From Candidatus Xenobia bacterium (GTDB lineage Bacteria; Vulcanimicrobiota; Xenobia; Xenobiales; QWHO01): a stretch of DNA of 64,000 nucleotides. The DNA lies in the NCBI GenBank assembly GCA_045863235.1, contig BTUM01000041.1:1-64000 (forward strand), given 5' to 3'. Below, piece by piece: positions 1-10,000 of the stretch; position 1 is the stretch's first letter; the number at the start of each line of letters is the position of its first letter. A program made the translations under genes and the position numbers. The notes below the pieces were generated by a model, which saw only the letters and a program-made list of their open reading frames with translations, was not told the origin of the DNA and did no database searches.

Positions 1-525
1 GGGATGTGCACTTGTTCGCTTCACCCGGGCCGCCCGAACGCCAGTTTGTCCCCGCGGGGGACGAGCACTTGTTCGCTTCACCCTGTAGCTCGAACGCCAG
101 TTTGTCCCCGCCGGGGACGAGCACTTGTTCGCTTCACCTGGGCCACTCGAACGCCAGTTTGTCCCCGCGGGGGACGAGCACTTGTTCGCTTCACCCGGGC
201 CACTCGAACGCCAGTTTGTCCCCGCGGGGGACGAGCACTTGTTCGCTTCACCCCCCGTAGCTCGAACGCCAGTTTGTCACCGCCGGGGATGTGCACTTGT
301 TCGCTTCACCCGGGCCGCCCGAACGCCAGTTTGTCACCGCCGGGGATGTGCACTTGTTCGCTTTACCCGGCCGCCCGAACGCCGAGACGAGCACATTGTC
401 TGCTTTACCCGGCCGCCCGAACGCCAGTTTGTCCCCGCCGGGGACGAGCACTTGTTCGCACGAGCAAGCAGGTCCGGGTCACTCGAGCCAGTCTGTCCCC
501 GCCGACCCCGCGCACGAGCACTCGT
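1..525. repeat. ~57-bp tandem repeat array with two internal palindromes per unit (truncated by the window edge)
   Basis: The block GCACTTGTTCGC recurs at 8, 65, 121, 178, 235, 293, 350 and 448, with degenerate copies near 391 and 518. Each unit has GTTCG...CGAAC and usually GTCCCC-N3-GGGGAC inverted repeats. Confidence 0.95.
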
Positions 526-564
526 GAGGTTTCTTTCAACGGCCTGTGGGACTATCGGTCCAAG

Positions 565-2676
565 ATGATCCGCCTGGTCGACAACTATGCCCCGGTCTGG
601 ATGCCGCAGCAGCGGCGCTCGGTCTCCTCCGAGCAACCGCTGGCGCAAGACCTGGTGCACCTTTCGAGCGATCCGGCGCGAACGCCCGAGTTCTTGAAGA
701 CCCTGCGCGACCTGGCGACCGATGTGGCGGTGCGCTCCAACCATGCCAACCTCTGCGCGGCTCTGGGAGCACCCCTCATCGCTGCGCTGGTGCTGGCAGC
801 TCGGGGCGTGGCCCAGAATCCCGTGGCCGCAGCCGCCCTGGGCGACCTGCTGGTCAAGTGGCGCGGCAGCTCGGAGGGCGACGGCTATCACATCGACCGC
901 GGGAAACTTGAAGAGGTGGTTCGGGGCGGCGACTTTCGGGTGGTGGGCAACCGGATCATGACCCCATGCGAGGAAGGCCAGACGGTCGGGTCGTTGGGGC
1001 CCGAGCTGTGGAGGATTTCGCAGCAGGTCGAGCAGGCCGGACGCCAGGACCTGGTGCCCTTCCAGGACCAGTTGGCGCGCCTGACCGAGAGGTTCGACCC
1101 GAGGACGAGCGGCGATACCCTGCACAAGGTTCAAAGGCGCGTGTTGAACGCGCTTCCCGAGCTGGCCACGGAAGACTACCTGGAGCGAGAGCTCAAACCC
1201 GTGCAGAACTCCCTCGCGGCGGTGGGGTCCTTTTACGGACCGTCCCGCATGCTGGACCTCTACCTCGAGGGCCAGCCCAATCGGCTGGACAGCCTCCAAC
1301 TGCTCAGCCACGTCGAGGACGGCGGATTCGTCCCTGAGCAGCGCCAGGTGGACGGCATGGTCAAGCGTCTCGTAGGCGACCTGGAGAACGGAAACGGCCG
1401 GGACTCGGAGTGGACCTTCGCGCTGCTCGACGCAGTGGCTCGTCAGACTCCAGGTTCGGTCAGCATCGAGCAGCGACGGCGCCTGCAGCAAGCCCTGCTC
1501 GAGGGCGGCAAGAAGCACCTGTCGCTGGCCACCTGGCACGGCCCCGTGGGCCGCCTGGCGGCCGCGGACCCCGAGCTGGTTCCCGGCCTGCTGGCCCGCC
1601 AGGACGAGGCGACCGCCCAGGCCCTGCTGCTCTCGGCCCCGCTCGACCAGGAGCAGTGGACCAGGATGCCGGTGGACCCTGACGTTCGCTTTGCCTACGA
1701 CATGGCCGACTTCGCCCGGCAGATCAAGAAGCTGACCCCGCAGGAGGCGCTGACCCTGGTCGAGAGCTTCGATACGGGCCGTTTTGGCCGCGCCTCCGAC
1801 GCCGCCGAGAAACGAGTCCGCAGCATTCTGCTGGCGCACCTGGCTTCCCATGGTGATTATCCGCAATTCGCCCAACTCAAGGATTGGGAAAGTCTGGCTT
1901 TCTATCCCTACCTGACCGAGGGGGTCCGCCAGGGCAGGACGGCCGAGACCATGGCTGAGCTCGACAGCGTGCTGGAGCGCTTGCAGCCTGGCCGGCTCTG
2001 CTATCAGAGCCTGGCCGGCGAGCTGGCCGCCCTGGCGGGACCGAAAGCCACCCTGACCCAGCTGGCCGAGCGCTATCTGGCTCTCCACCAGGGCACCGAC
2101 TTCTATGCCGAGGGCAAGGCCAGTCAGGGTTTGCAGCTCTTTGGGCGCGGGACCGAGGAAGAGTTCCAGGTCGGCCGCGCATGGCTGGAGCCCCTGGCGC
2201 CCAGCCACGAGCTGGTGGAATGCTTGAAGAAACTCAACGCCATGAAAGAAGACTTCCGCCCCGACTGGTCGCCGGCCCTCTTCGGCCGTCTGAACGCGGA
2301 CCTGGAGGCCTTCATGACGCTCCAGACGGCGGGGGAAGCGGGTCTGCCTCGTCTGAACGACCTTCGAAACGTGCGCGCCGGGCAGGCCAACGCAGCCTTT
2401 CCGGCCGCCTGGAGCTACCGGGGAGAGGACTGGGACGGGGCGCTGGCGGGACTGCAGCGACTGTCCTCCGTGACCGGCGAGCAAGGCTTCCTGGGCGCCA
2501 CCGAAACCTACTTCCAGGCCCTGAACGAAGGGGGCAGCGTAGAGCAGGCACTGGATCGGGCCCTTCGCAGACAGATCGCTGGAGCCGTCGAGACCAGTCC
2601 TGTCGCCATCGGCGAGCAGGGTGGGCGAGTGGTGATCGGCGGCTCGCTGCTGCGCCATCGCTCACCGGGCCGTTGA
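565..2676 (+). CDS. hypothetical protein (~703 aa, mostly helical) with N-terminal DLVHLS leader and C-terminal VVIGG..LRHR motif
   Basis: Long ORF. The upstream in-frame extension is only the translated repeat array, so ATG 565 was chosen as the start. Confidence 0.75.
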   Translation: MIRLVDNYAPVWMPQQRRSVSSEQPLAQDLVHLSSDPARTPEFLKTLRDLATDVAVRSNHANLCAALGAPLIAALVLAARGVAQNPVAAAALGDLLVKWRGSSEGDGYHIDRGKLEEVVRGGDFRVVGNRIMTPCEEGQTVGSLGPELWRISQQVEQAGRQDLVPFQDQLARLTERFDPRTSGDTLHKVQRRVLNALPELATEDYLERELKPVQNSLAAVGSFYGPSRMLDLYLEGQPNRLDSLQLLSHVEDGGFVPEQRQVDGMVKRLVGDLENGNGRDSEWTFALLDAVARQTPGSVSIEQRRRLQQALLEGGKKHLSLATWHGPVGRLAAADPELVPGLLARQDEATAQALLLSAPLDQEQWTRMPVDPDVRFAYDMADFARQIKKLTPQEALTLVESFDTGRFGRASDAAEKRVRSILLAHLASHGDYPQFAQLKDWESLAFYPYLTEGVRQGRTAETMAELDSVLERLQPGRLCYQSLAGELAALAGPKATLTQLAERYLALHQGTDFYAEGKASQGLQLFGRGTEEEFQVGRAWLEPLAPSHELVECLKKLNAMKEDFRPDWSPALFGRLNADLEAFMTLQTAGEAGLPRLNDLRNVRAGQANAAFPAAWSYRGEDWDGALAGLQRLSSVTGEQGFLGATETYFQALNEGGSVEQALDRALRRQIAGAVETSPVAIGEQGGRVVIGGSLLRHRSPGR

Positions 2677-2691
2677 GAGTCAATTTCGCCG

Positions 2692-4665
2692 TCAAGGCGT
2701 TCCGGGGCGCTTCCTGAGCACCACCGAGCCCAGCCGGACCCGCGTTTCCTCCTCGGCCACGGCGCCCGATGCGCGCGTCGCAGCCGCCTGCAAGGCGGTC
2801 TCGGTATCCTGGCCCGAGAGGCAGGCGAGCATGAAGCGCTCGAAGACCTCGGGGAACTTCTCCCCGGCCTGCTCATCCAGGGCCAGGAAGAGGCGACTGG
2901 CATCCCCTTCTTGCTCCCGGCCGGCCAGATGGCTCAACAGTGCCTGAAACAGGCTCTCTCGACCGGCCAATCGGGGGAAGACCCGGGGTGCCTGGTGCTC
3001 CTGCCCGTGCGCTTGCAGGCTTTGATAGAGGGTTGCGAAGCGCTGACTGGCTTCAGACAGCGGCTCATCCGGGCGGGCACCAGCCAGCAGGCTCATCAGG
3101 TCCCGCTGGGGGTCGGCGCCCACCCGGGACATCCGATCGGCTGCCCCCTGCACCTCCTCGGTCGACCAGCCCCGCAAGAGAGCCACCGTCGTAGTGGCCG
3201 CCAGTCCCGCTTCCCCGCGCCCCAGGCAGGCCTGGAAGGCCTGACGATAGGCGGCCAGAGCCGCTGGCAGGTCGGAGGCGGCGGCCTCCAGAGCCCGCAA
3301 CTGGGTAGCCACATCCTCCTGGTCGCAAAGGTGAGAGGTGACCAGCAGTGACTCGAGAAGCTCCAGCCGGACCAGGACCGGGCCCGCGCGAGAGAGCTCT
3401 TCGTGCATCAGGGTGCGGGCATCCCGGGGGCTCGAGAGACGGCTGAGGGCAACCAGGTGCGTCAGCCGCTCCTCCCGGGACAGGGCCCAGATGCCCGGTC
3501 CGGGAGGCTTACTCAGAAACTCCACGGTCTCGTCGGCCTCGTTCCAACCCACACCCTCGGCCACCCGAGCCGTCCACCGCAAGCGCTCGAGCAGCTCAGG
3601 GCCCCGCCAACCATGGTCGGTCAAGCCCTCGAAGCTCTGCCACAGGTCCTCAGCCCCATGACGCGCACACAGCTGAGCCAGGGCGGAGCTGGCCTCCTCG
3701 GGGCTGAGCCCGGTGTCCGTGCGGGTGACCTGGCTCAGCAGCTGACTGGCCTGCTCCGGGCTGACACGACGGCCTCGGAGCAGTGGCAGAAAGAAGTTCT
3801 CCAGCAGGCGGCCACGCACACGGTAGTCGCTCAGAGCCTGCTCAAGAGCTTTCCCTGAAGGCTCGGTCAGTGCCCCCAGCACCACTCCGTCCCGCGACAG
3901 AGTGGCCTTCCCCTGGTGGGCCAGCTCATAGAGCTCGGCCGGGTCGGCTCCCACTTCCGCGGAGGCCCGGCCCAGAGCGCGAGCAAAGTCGGGGTCGCTC
4001 ACCGAATCCGCATCGCCGCTGACCCGGTAGAAATCCTCGGCGGCCAGGGCATGGTGGCGCATGGTGCGTGACTGGCCCCCGGGCGGAGTGATCCAGGAGT
4101 AGGAGCCGGTGGTCTGGTCTCGGTAGGCCCTCGCGAGGCTGTGGGTGAAACGGTAGCCGGCCCTTGCGAGGTTGCCCAGAGCCCGAGCCTGGGCCGGGTG
4201 AGCGGTGTCCTCAGGGACCGCCTTTCCCAGCTCCAGAACGTCCAGCGCGGCCAACTGATCCAGATTGCCGAGACGAAAACTCAGGTCCTGGCCGGGCGGG
4301 CGAAGATCCACACCCTTGTCCAGCCGATCCAGCACCTGGTGGCTCTCGAGCTCGAGCTCCCGTCCCCCCCGAAGGAGGCCTTCCAGGAAACCAGGCTCGG
4401 TGGTGTAGCGATAGCCGCGCTGCTGACTCTCCCGGATTGCCTCTTCCAGGGCATGGCGCTGGGCCTGATTCAAGCTCCCGCTCAGCGGGCTGTTGACCAG
4501 CCCGGCTGTCAGGAGGCCGGAGCTGCGCAACGAGCTCCAGAGCCAGCTGCGTGATCCTGATTCGGAGAGCTGGACGGTGTCGTCAGGAAGTGGCGGCCCG
4601 CCGGCCGGAGCCGTTCGAGGAACCTGGTTGAGCGCGAGGGTCTGTCTGAGAGGAGTGATCTGCAT
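2692..4665 (-). CDS. hypothetical protein (657 aa) with N-terminal DTVQLS leader and C-terminal VRLGSVVLRKR motif
   Basis: Long ORF, convergent with the previous gene; TATCCT lies 9 nt upstream of the ATG. Confidence 0.8.
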   Translation of the reverse strand: MQITPLRQTLALNQVPRTAPAGGPPLPDDTVQLSESGSRSWLWSSLRSSGLLTAGLVNSPLSGSLNQAQRHALEEAIRESQQRGYRYTTEPGFLEGLLRGGRELELESHQVLDRLDKGVDLRPPGQDLSFRLGNLDQLAALDVLELGKAVPEDTAHPAQARALGNLARAGYRFTHSLARAYRDQTTGSYSWITPPGGQSRTMRHHALAAEDFYRVSGDADSVSDPDFARALGRASAEVGADPAELYELAHQGKATLSRDGVVLGALTEPSGKALEQALSDYRVRGRLLENFFLPLLRGRRVSPEQASQLLSQVTRTDTGLSPEEASSALAQLCARHGAEDLWQSFEGLTDHGWRGPELLERLRWTARVAEGVGWNEADETVEFLSKPPGPGIWALSREERLTHLVALSRLSSPRDARTLMHEELSRAGPVLVRLELLESLLVTSHLCDQEDVATQLRALEAAASDLPAALAAYRQAFQACLGRGEAGLAATTTVALLRGWSTEEVQGAADRMSRVGADPQRDLMSLLAGARPDEPLSEASQRFATLYQSLQAHGQEHQAPRVFPRLAGRESLFQALLSHLAGREQEGDASRLFLALDEQAGEKFPEVFERFMLACLSGQDTETALQAAATRASGAVAEEETRVRLGSVVLRKRPGTP

Positions 4666-4765
4666 CGCTCACTCAGGATACCCCCCGATCGTCGATGCAC
4701 TGTCTCGGCAGCGTCAGGCGAGGGGAGAGAAGATTGCCGGCTGTTTACGCAACACAGCTTCCCAT

Positions 4766-5638
4766 TCAGACCTCTTCGGAGGACTGAAACACCGCCCGCC
4801 GCTTCATCCTGCGCTGGGCCACCTCGTGCAAGAAGCGGTAGCGGTAGGCATAGAAGGCCGTCAGCCCCACGTCGTTGACGAGCGCAAAGTTCACCCCGGC
4901 GCCCACGATGCTGCCCACCAGGGCCACGCTCTGGGCCATCTTGCGACGGGCCAGGGCCACCGACAGCTCGCGGGCGAGCGCCTGCAGGCCCTTGGCCAGA
5001 GAGACGCGCTCGAGGTCCTTCAGCGGAGCTCCCTGGCGAATCATCTCTTCCAGGCTCTGGAGCTGCTCCATCCCCGCGCGCTTCTTCTCGTTCTCGAGAT
5101 AGTGGCCCACGTCCAGCACCTTCATCATGTAGGCGTGCTCATCCGGGCCCTCGACTGGAAAGCCGTAGCAGATGGCCACCTCCTGAATGGTGCGAAATGC
5201 CAGCAAGTAAAGTGCCGGCACGTCGGCCACCAGGCCAGGCAGGCCCACCGCCCCGGCCGCCCCCCCCTCGACGGCAGCGGCCCGTTTGTTGAAGTTGATG
5301 CATTCGATGGCCAGCGGGTCGAGCGACTTGACCTCGGCCGCGAAAATCTGATCCGGCGTCGTGCCTACGTCCTTGCCCAGCCGCGCGCTGATCTTGTCGA
5401 GAATGTCCCGGCGCGAAACGGTGGTGCGGGAGGTATCGCGAACCGTCCCCAGCACGCCGTAAATGGCGTTCCCCAGCGACTCTTTGACGCCGGCCGGAAT
5501 GAGGCGGTAGGCCAGCTCGGCCGGCTTGCCGGCCAGCACCAGCGCTTTGCTGAGCACCGAGGGCGGCTGGTGGACCCAGTCTTGAATCTCCTTCAGCACA
5601 GCCTGCTCGTCCTCGGTCAGATAGGTGGTCCAGGTCAC
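4766..5638 (-). CDS. EcsC family protein
   Basis: Motifs EGGAAGAVGLPGLVADVPALY, EVAICYGF and VGAGVN. GTG start follows a purine-rich RBS. Confidence 0.85.
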   Translation of the reverse strand: MTWTTYLTEDEQAVLKEIQDWVHQPPSVLSKALVLAGKPAELAYRLIPAGVKESLGNAIYGVLGTVRDTSRTTVSRRDILDKISARLGKDVGTTPDQIFAAEVKSLDPLAIECINFNKRAAAVEGGAAGAVGLPGLVADVPALYLLAFRTIQEVAICYGFPVEGPDEHAYMMKVLDVGHYLENEKKRAGMEQLQSLEEMIRQGAPLKDLERVSLAKGLQALARELSVALARRKMAQSVALVGSIVGAGVNFALVNDVGLTAFYAYRYRFLHEVAQRRMKRRAVFQSSEEV

Positions 5639-5729
5639 GCCTTCCCTTTCGCTCCGGGTCTGTTTACAACCTGGCAAAGTGGCCGGCGGGCCGGCCAGTC
5701 TATACTGCCAGCCGAGGAGGACTGCCCGC

Positions 5730-6923
5730 ATGCTCACCGCCATCGCCCCGTCCCCGGCCCGGATCCCTGCCTTCGCCGCCGCTGCTCCCCGGTCCGAGCC
5801 GACCGACCGGGTCACCCTGGGCGAGGAGCGGCCCGCTCCCAAGAAGTGGACCATCCTGGTCTACTCGGCCTCCGACAACGACCTCAAGCGGTTCATGCTG
5901 GCCGACCTGGATGAGGCCGAGCGGGTGGGGTCGGACGACCTGACCAACGTGGTGGCCCAGTTCGACCACGGCGGAGGCGAGGGGGCCAAGCGCTACCTCA
6001 TCACCAGGAACAACCAGAGCGGGCTCAACAGCCCTGTGGTGCAGGACATGGGCTCGACCAACATGTCCGACCCGCGCAAGCTGGCCGACTTCATCAAGTG
6101 GGGCATGCAGAAGTACCCGGCCGAGAATTATATGCTGATCATCTCCGACCACGGAGACGGCTGGAAGGGTGCCGGCCAGGACTACTCCCACAACGGTTGG
6201 ATGGGCCTGCCCCAGATCGAAGCAGGCATGAAGGAGGCCCGCCAGGCCACCGGCCGCAAGATCGACGTGCTCGGATTCGACGCATGTCTGATGGCTTCCG
6301 CCGAGGTGGCCCACCAGCTCAAGGACGAAGCCAGTTTCATGGTGGCCTCGGAAGAGGTGGAAGGCGGGGCCGGCTGGCCCTACAACCGCATTCTCAACCC
6401 GGGCATGCTGGCCGACCTGCAGGGCCAGTTGCAGCTGCAAATCGAGCTGACTCCACGCGATGTGTGCCGGCACGTGGTGCGCACCGCCCAGGGCAACCAG
6501 GGCGATCTGCCCACCATGTCGGCGGTGGACCTGTCCAAAGTGGCTGCTCTGACGCAGTCGGTGGACAGCTTTGCCGGGGCCCTCCTGGCCACCGCGGAGG
6601 CTTCCGTGCCCACCCTCAAGAGCCTGGCCGACCGCACCCAGGGATTTACCGACTACAGGGATCTCTATGACTTCGCCGACCGGGTGGCCAAGAGCCGCAT
6701 CAATGACCAGGCCCTGAAGGACGCCGCCCGGCAGGTGACCGCGAGGGTAGGCGAAGCGGTCATCTTCGAGCAGCACTCGAGCCGCTTCCCGGGTGCTCAC
6801 GGGCTGAACATCGAGCTCTCCCCCACCTACGCCCTCGACCAGGAGACCAGCCGTCGCTACTCGGAGATCAAGTTCGCCTCCGACACCCGCTGGGACGAGG
6901 CGGTGCGACGCATTCAGAGCTGA
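5730..6923 (+). CDS. clostripain-family cysteine peptidase (C11), no Sec signal
   Basis: Motifs KWTILVYSASDNDL, LIISDHGDGW (His) and GFDACLM (Cys); RBS GAGGAGG before ATG 5730. Confidence 0.9.
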   Translation: MLTAIAPSPARIPAFAAAAPRSEPTDRVTLGEERPAPKKWTILVYSASDNDLKRFMLADLDEAERVGSDDLTNVVAQFDHGGGEGAKRYLITRNNQSGLNSPVVQDMGSTNMSDPRKLADFIKWGMQKYPAENYMLIISDHGDGWKGAGQDYSHNGWMGLPQIEAGMKEARQATGRKIDVLGFDACLMASAEVAHQLKDEASFMVASEEVEGGAGWPYNRILNPGMLADLQGQLQLQIELTPRDVCRHVVRTAQGNQGDLPTMSAVDLSKVAALTQSVDSFAGALLATAEASVPTLKSLADRTQGFTDYRDLYDFADRVAKSRINDQALKDAARQVTARVGEAVIFEQHSSRFPGAHGLNIELSPTYALDQETSRRYSEIKFASDTRWDEAVRRIQS

Positions 6924-7092
6924 GCGATCAAGGCCAGCAACAGCAAGGTAGGTCCATACCACCAGGCCCACCGAGACCGTCTGGCCGTGGGCAGGAAACT
7001 TCTGGAAGGCAACGACACTACCTGTCATCCCCCGGCGCCAAACTCGTTTCGAAGCGCTCCCAACATGCGCGACGAAGTTCCGAGGAGTCCCC

Positions 7093-10000
7093 GTGCTCGC
7101 TGACAGCCACTCTCGCCAACAGATCGAAACCAGCCTCGAGCAGAACCTGCTCGTCGAGGCGGCCGCCGGCTCGGGCAAGACCGAGAGCCTGGCCCGACGC
7201 ATGGCCCACGGGATCATCTCCGGCCGCTACCGGGTGCAGGAGATCGCGGCCGTCACCTTCACCCGCAAGGCGGCCGGCAACCTGCGCGACCGCTTCCAGT
7301 CAGTGCTCGAACGGCGCCTGCCCGGGCTGTCCGACCAGCACGAGCGCGAGCGGGTAGAAACGGCTCTCTCTCATCTCGAGAGCCTCTTTGCCGGCACCAT
7401 CCACTCGTTCTGCGCCCGCCTGCTGCGCGAGCGACCGGTCGAAGCGGGCGTTTCCCCGGGTTTCGAGGAGCTCGACGAGGCGGCCGACGCCGAGCTGATC
7501 GGGCGGGTCTGGCGCCGGCTGCTCGATGACTGGAAGCTGGCCCAGTCGCCCCATCTGGCCGCCCTGCGCGAGTGCGGCCTCAGCCCGGCCCAGCTTCGCG
7601 AGGGGCTGCTGCGCATCTCGGCCAACTCCGACGCGGTCTTCCCGGCCGGGCAGGCCGAGCGTCCTCAACTCGAGCCTGCCCGAACGGCATTGCTTGCCTT
7701 CGCGGCCGACCTGTGCGGGCTCATCGGCCCCAAAGCGCGCTATCGCGAGTGCGAGGTGCTGCCCCGAGCGATGGCCTTCCGGGGCCGACTGGAGCGCTCG
7801 GGCAAGCTGGAGGACCCGGCTGAGCTGGCGGCTCTGCTGGGCATGTGGGAGCGCTTTACCCAGAAGTTCTTCGCCCCTCAGGAATGGGATGCTCCTCAGA
7901 TCGCGCTGAGAGAGCTCCGCCCCCGGGTCTTCACCCTGATCGAAGAGCTGCAGCCGGTATTGAGCGAGTGGCTGGCGGCCTGGCGGGCCTACGTCTATGG
8001 CCACCTCATCCCCATCCTGGTCGAGGCCCGCGACAGGGCGCAGAGGTTGCGCCGAGAGCAAGCCCTGCTCAACTACCAGGACCTGCTCCTCTACGCCGCC
8101 CGACTGCTGCGCGAGCATCCCGAGGTGCGGCGGGCCCTGCAAGAAAAGTTCCGCTGGCTGCTGGTGGACGAGTTCCAGGACACCGATCCCCTGCAGGCCG
8201 AGATCCTGTTCTGGCTGGCGGCCGAGAACGACGCCCCCGACTGGCACCAGGTCGACCTGAGGCCGGGCGCGCTCTTCATCGTGGGCGACCCGAAGCAGTC
8301 TATCTACCGGTTCCGGCGGGCCGACATCGACACCTACCAGACCGTGCGCCGTCGCATCGCCGAGAACGGCGGACAGGTGCTGCCCCTGGTAACCAGCTTC
8401 CGCTCCCAGCCGGCCCTGCTGGGCTGGACCAATCAGGTCTTCTCCCAGCTCTTCGGTAGCGGCGGACCGACCCAGGCCGCCCACCAGCCCCTCGAGCCCG
8501 ATCCGGGCCGGGGCGCCGCGACCGAGCCGGTGGGCGTGCGCACCCTGGTCATCCCTCCGGTGACCAACAAGTTCCGGGTGGGAGAGGTGGAAGCGCAAGC
8601 GATCGCGGCCTTCATCGCCTCGGAGGTGTCTGCCGGTCGACGCTGCTGGGGCGATTTCCTGGTGCTCACCCGGGTCAAGCGGCCGCTCCAGACCATCGCC
8701 CGGGCCCTGGAAGCCCAGGGAGTCCCCTACGAGGCCACCGGGGGCAGCGACTTCTCCGACAGCGAGTCGGTCAAGCTCCTGGCCGACCTGCTGGCCGTGC
8801 TGACCGATCCGGAAGACTCCCTGCGACTGGTGGGCCTGCTGCGAGGCCCCCTCTTCGGCCTCAGCGACGCAGAGCTGTACCTCTTTCGCCGAGCCGGTGG
8901 CCGCTTCATGCTCCCCGAGAAGGCCGTCGAGGGGGACGAGCCGGTGGCCGGGGCGCTCAGCTTCCTGGTCGAGTTGCGGGCTCTGACGCTCAGCCTGCCG
9001 CCCGTGGCGGCAGTGGAAAGAGTGCTGGAGAAAACCGGCCTCTTGGCCCGCGCGGTGACTCTGACCCGAGGTGGGGCCGAAGCCGGTCGGCTCTGGCAGG
9101 CCCTCGACCTGGTGCGCCGGGCCGAGCAACAGGGCGGCGCCCTGGCCGATGGTCTGCGCGCCCTGCAAGATGCCCTGGAGAGCCATGAGCTCGAGTCGGT
9201 GGCTCTCGAGGCCGGCAAGCGCAACGTGGTGCGCATCATGAACCTGCACCAGGCCAAGGGTCTGGAGGCCAACGTGGTCTTCCTGGCCGCCCCGACCTCC
9301 AGCTCCAGGTTTGGGGTAGACACGGTGATCCGGCGTCAGGGCTCGGAGGTGGTGGGCTTCCTCGAGATCAAGCATCGTTACCAGGTGCTGGCCCATCCCG
9401 AGCGTTGGGCCGAGTTGCAGGAAGCCGAGTCGGTCTACCTGCAAGCCGAGGATCGTCGCCTTCTCTACGTGGCCGCTACCCGCGCGGCGGAGCTGCTGGT
9501 GGTGTCGCGCTTCAAGGAGGGCCGCTCCCCCTGGGGCGAGCTCGAGCCCTTCCTGGAGGCGTGCCTGCCGCTCCCGGCGAGCAATCCCCCACCCGTGCCC
9601 GAGCCCACCCTGGAGTCCCTGTCGGCCTATCCCGACGAGTCGGAGTATGCCTCCCGCTGGCAAGACCTGTCCCGGCCAGCCTATCGCCGTCGCAGCGTCA
9701 CGGCCGCCATGCGCGAGGGCCAGAGCCAGGCCCTCTGGGCGGCTCTCGACACCCCCGAGCAGGCCGGCCCCGATGGCGGCGCGGCCTGGGGCATCCTCAT
9801 CCACCGGCTGCTCGAGCACTGCATGCGCCATCCCGAGGCGACCACCCGGGATGTGGCCCGGCTGGCCCGCTGGCTCACCCACGCCGACCCCGACCTGGCC
9901 GGCCTGGTCGAAGAGGCGGTCCAGGCCGTGGAGACGGTGCGGACCAGCGACTTCTGGCGCCAGGCCATGCAGGCGGGTGAGCGGCTGGTGGAGGTTCCTT

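Noticed and set aside
1..525. CRISPR array
   Set aside because: There are no unique 25-45-nt spacers; the variable blocks are ~10 nt and recur, and no cas genes are in the window.
4..564. N-terminal 187 aa of the 890-aa ORF and other ORFs over the array
   Set aside because: These are translations of the tandem repeat, whose units shift frame (56-58 nt). The real start is probably ATG 565.
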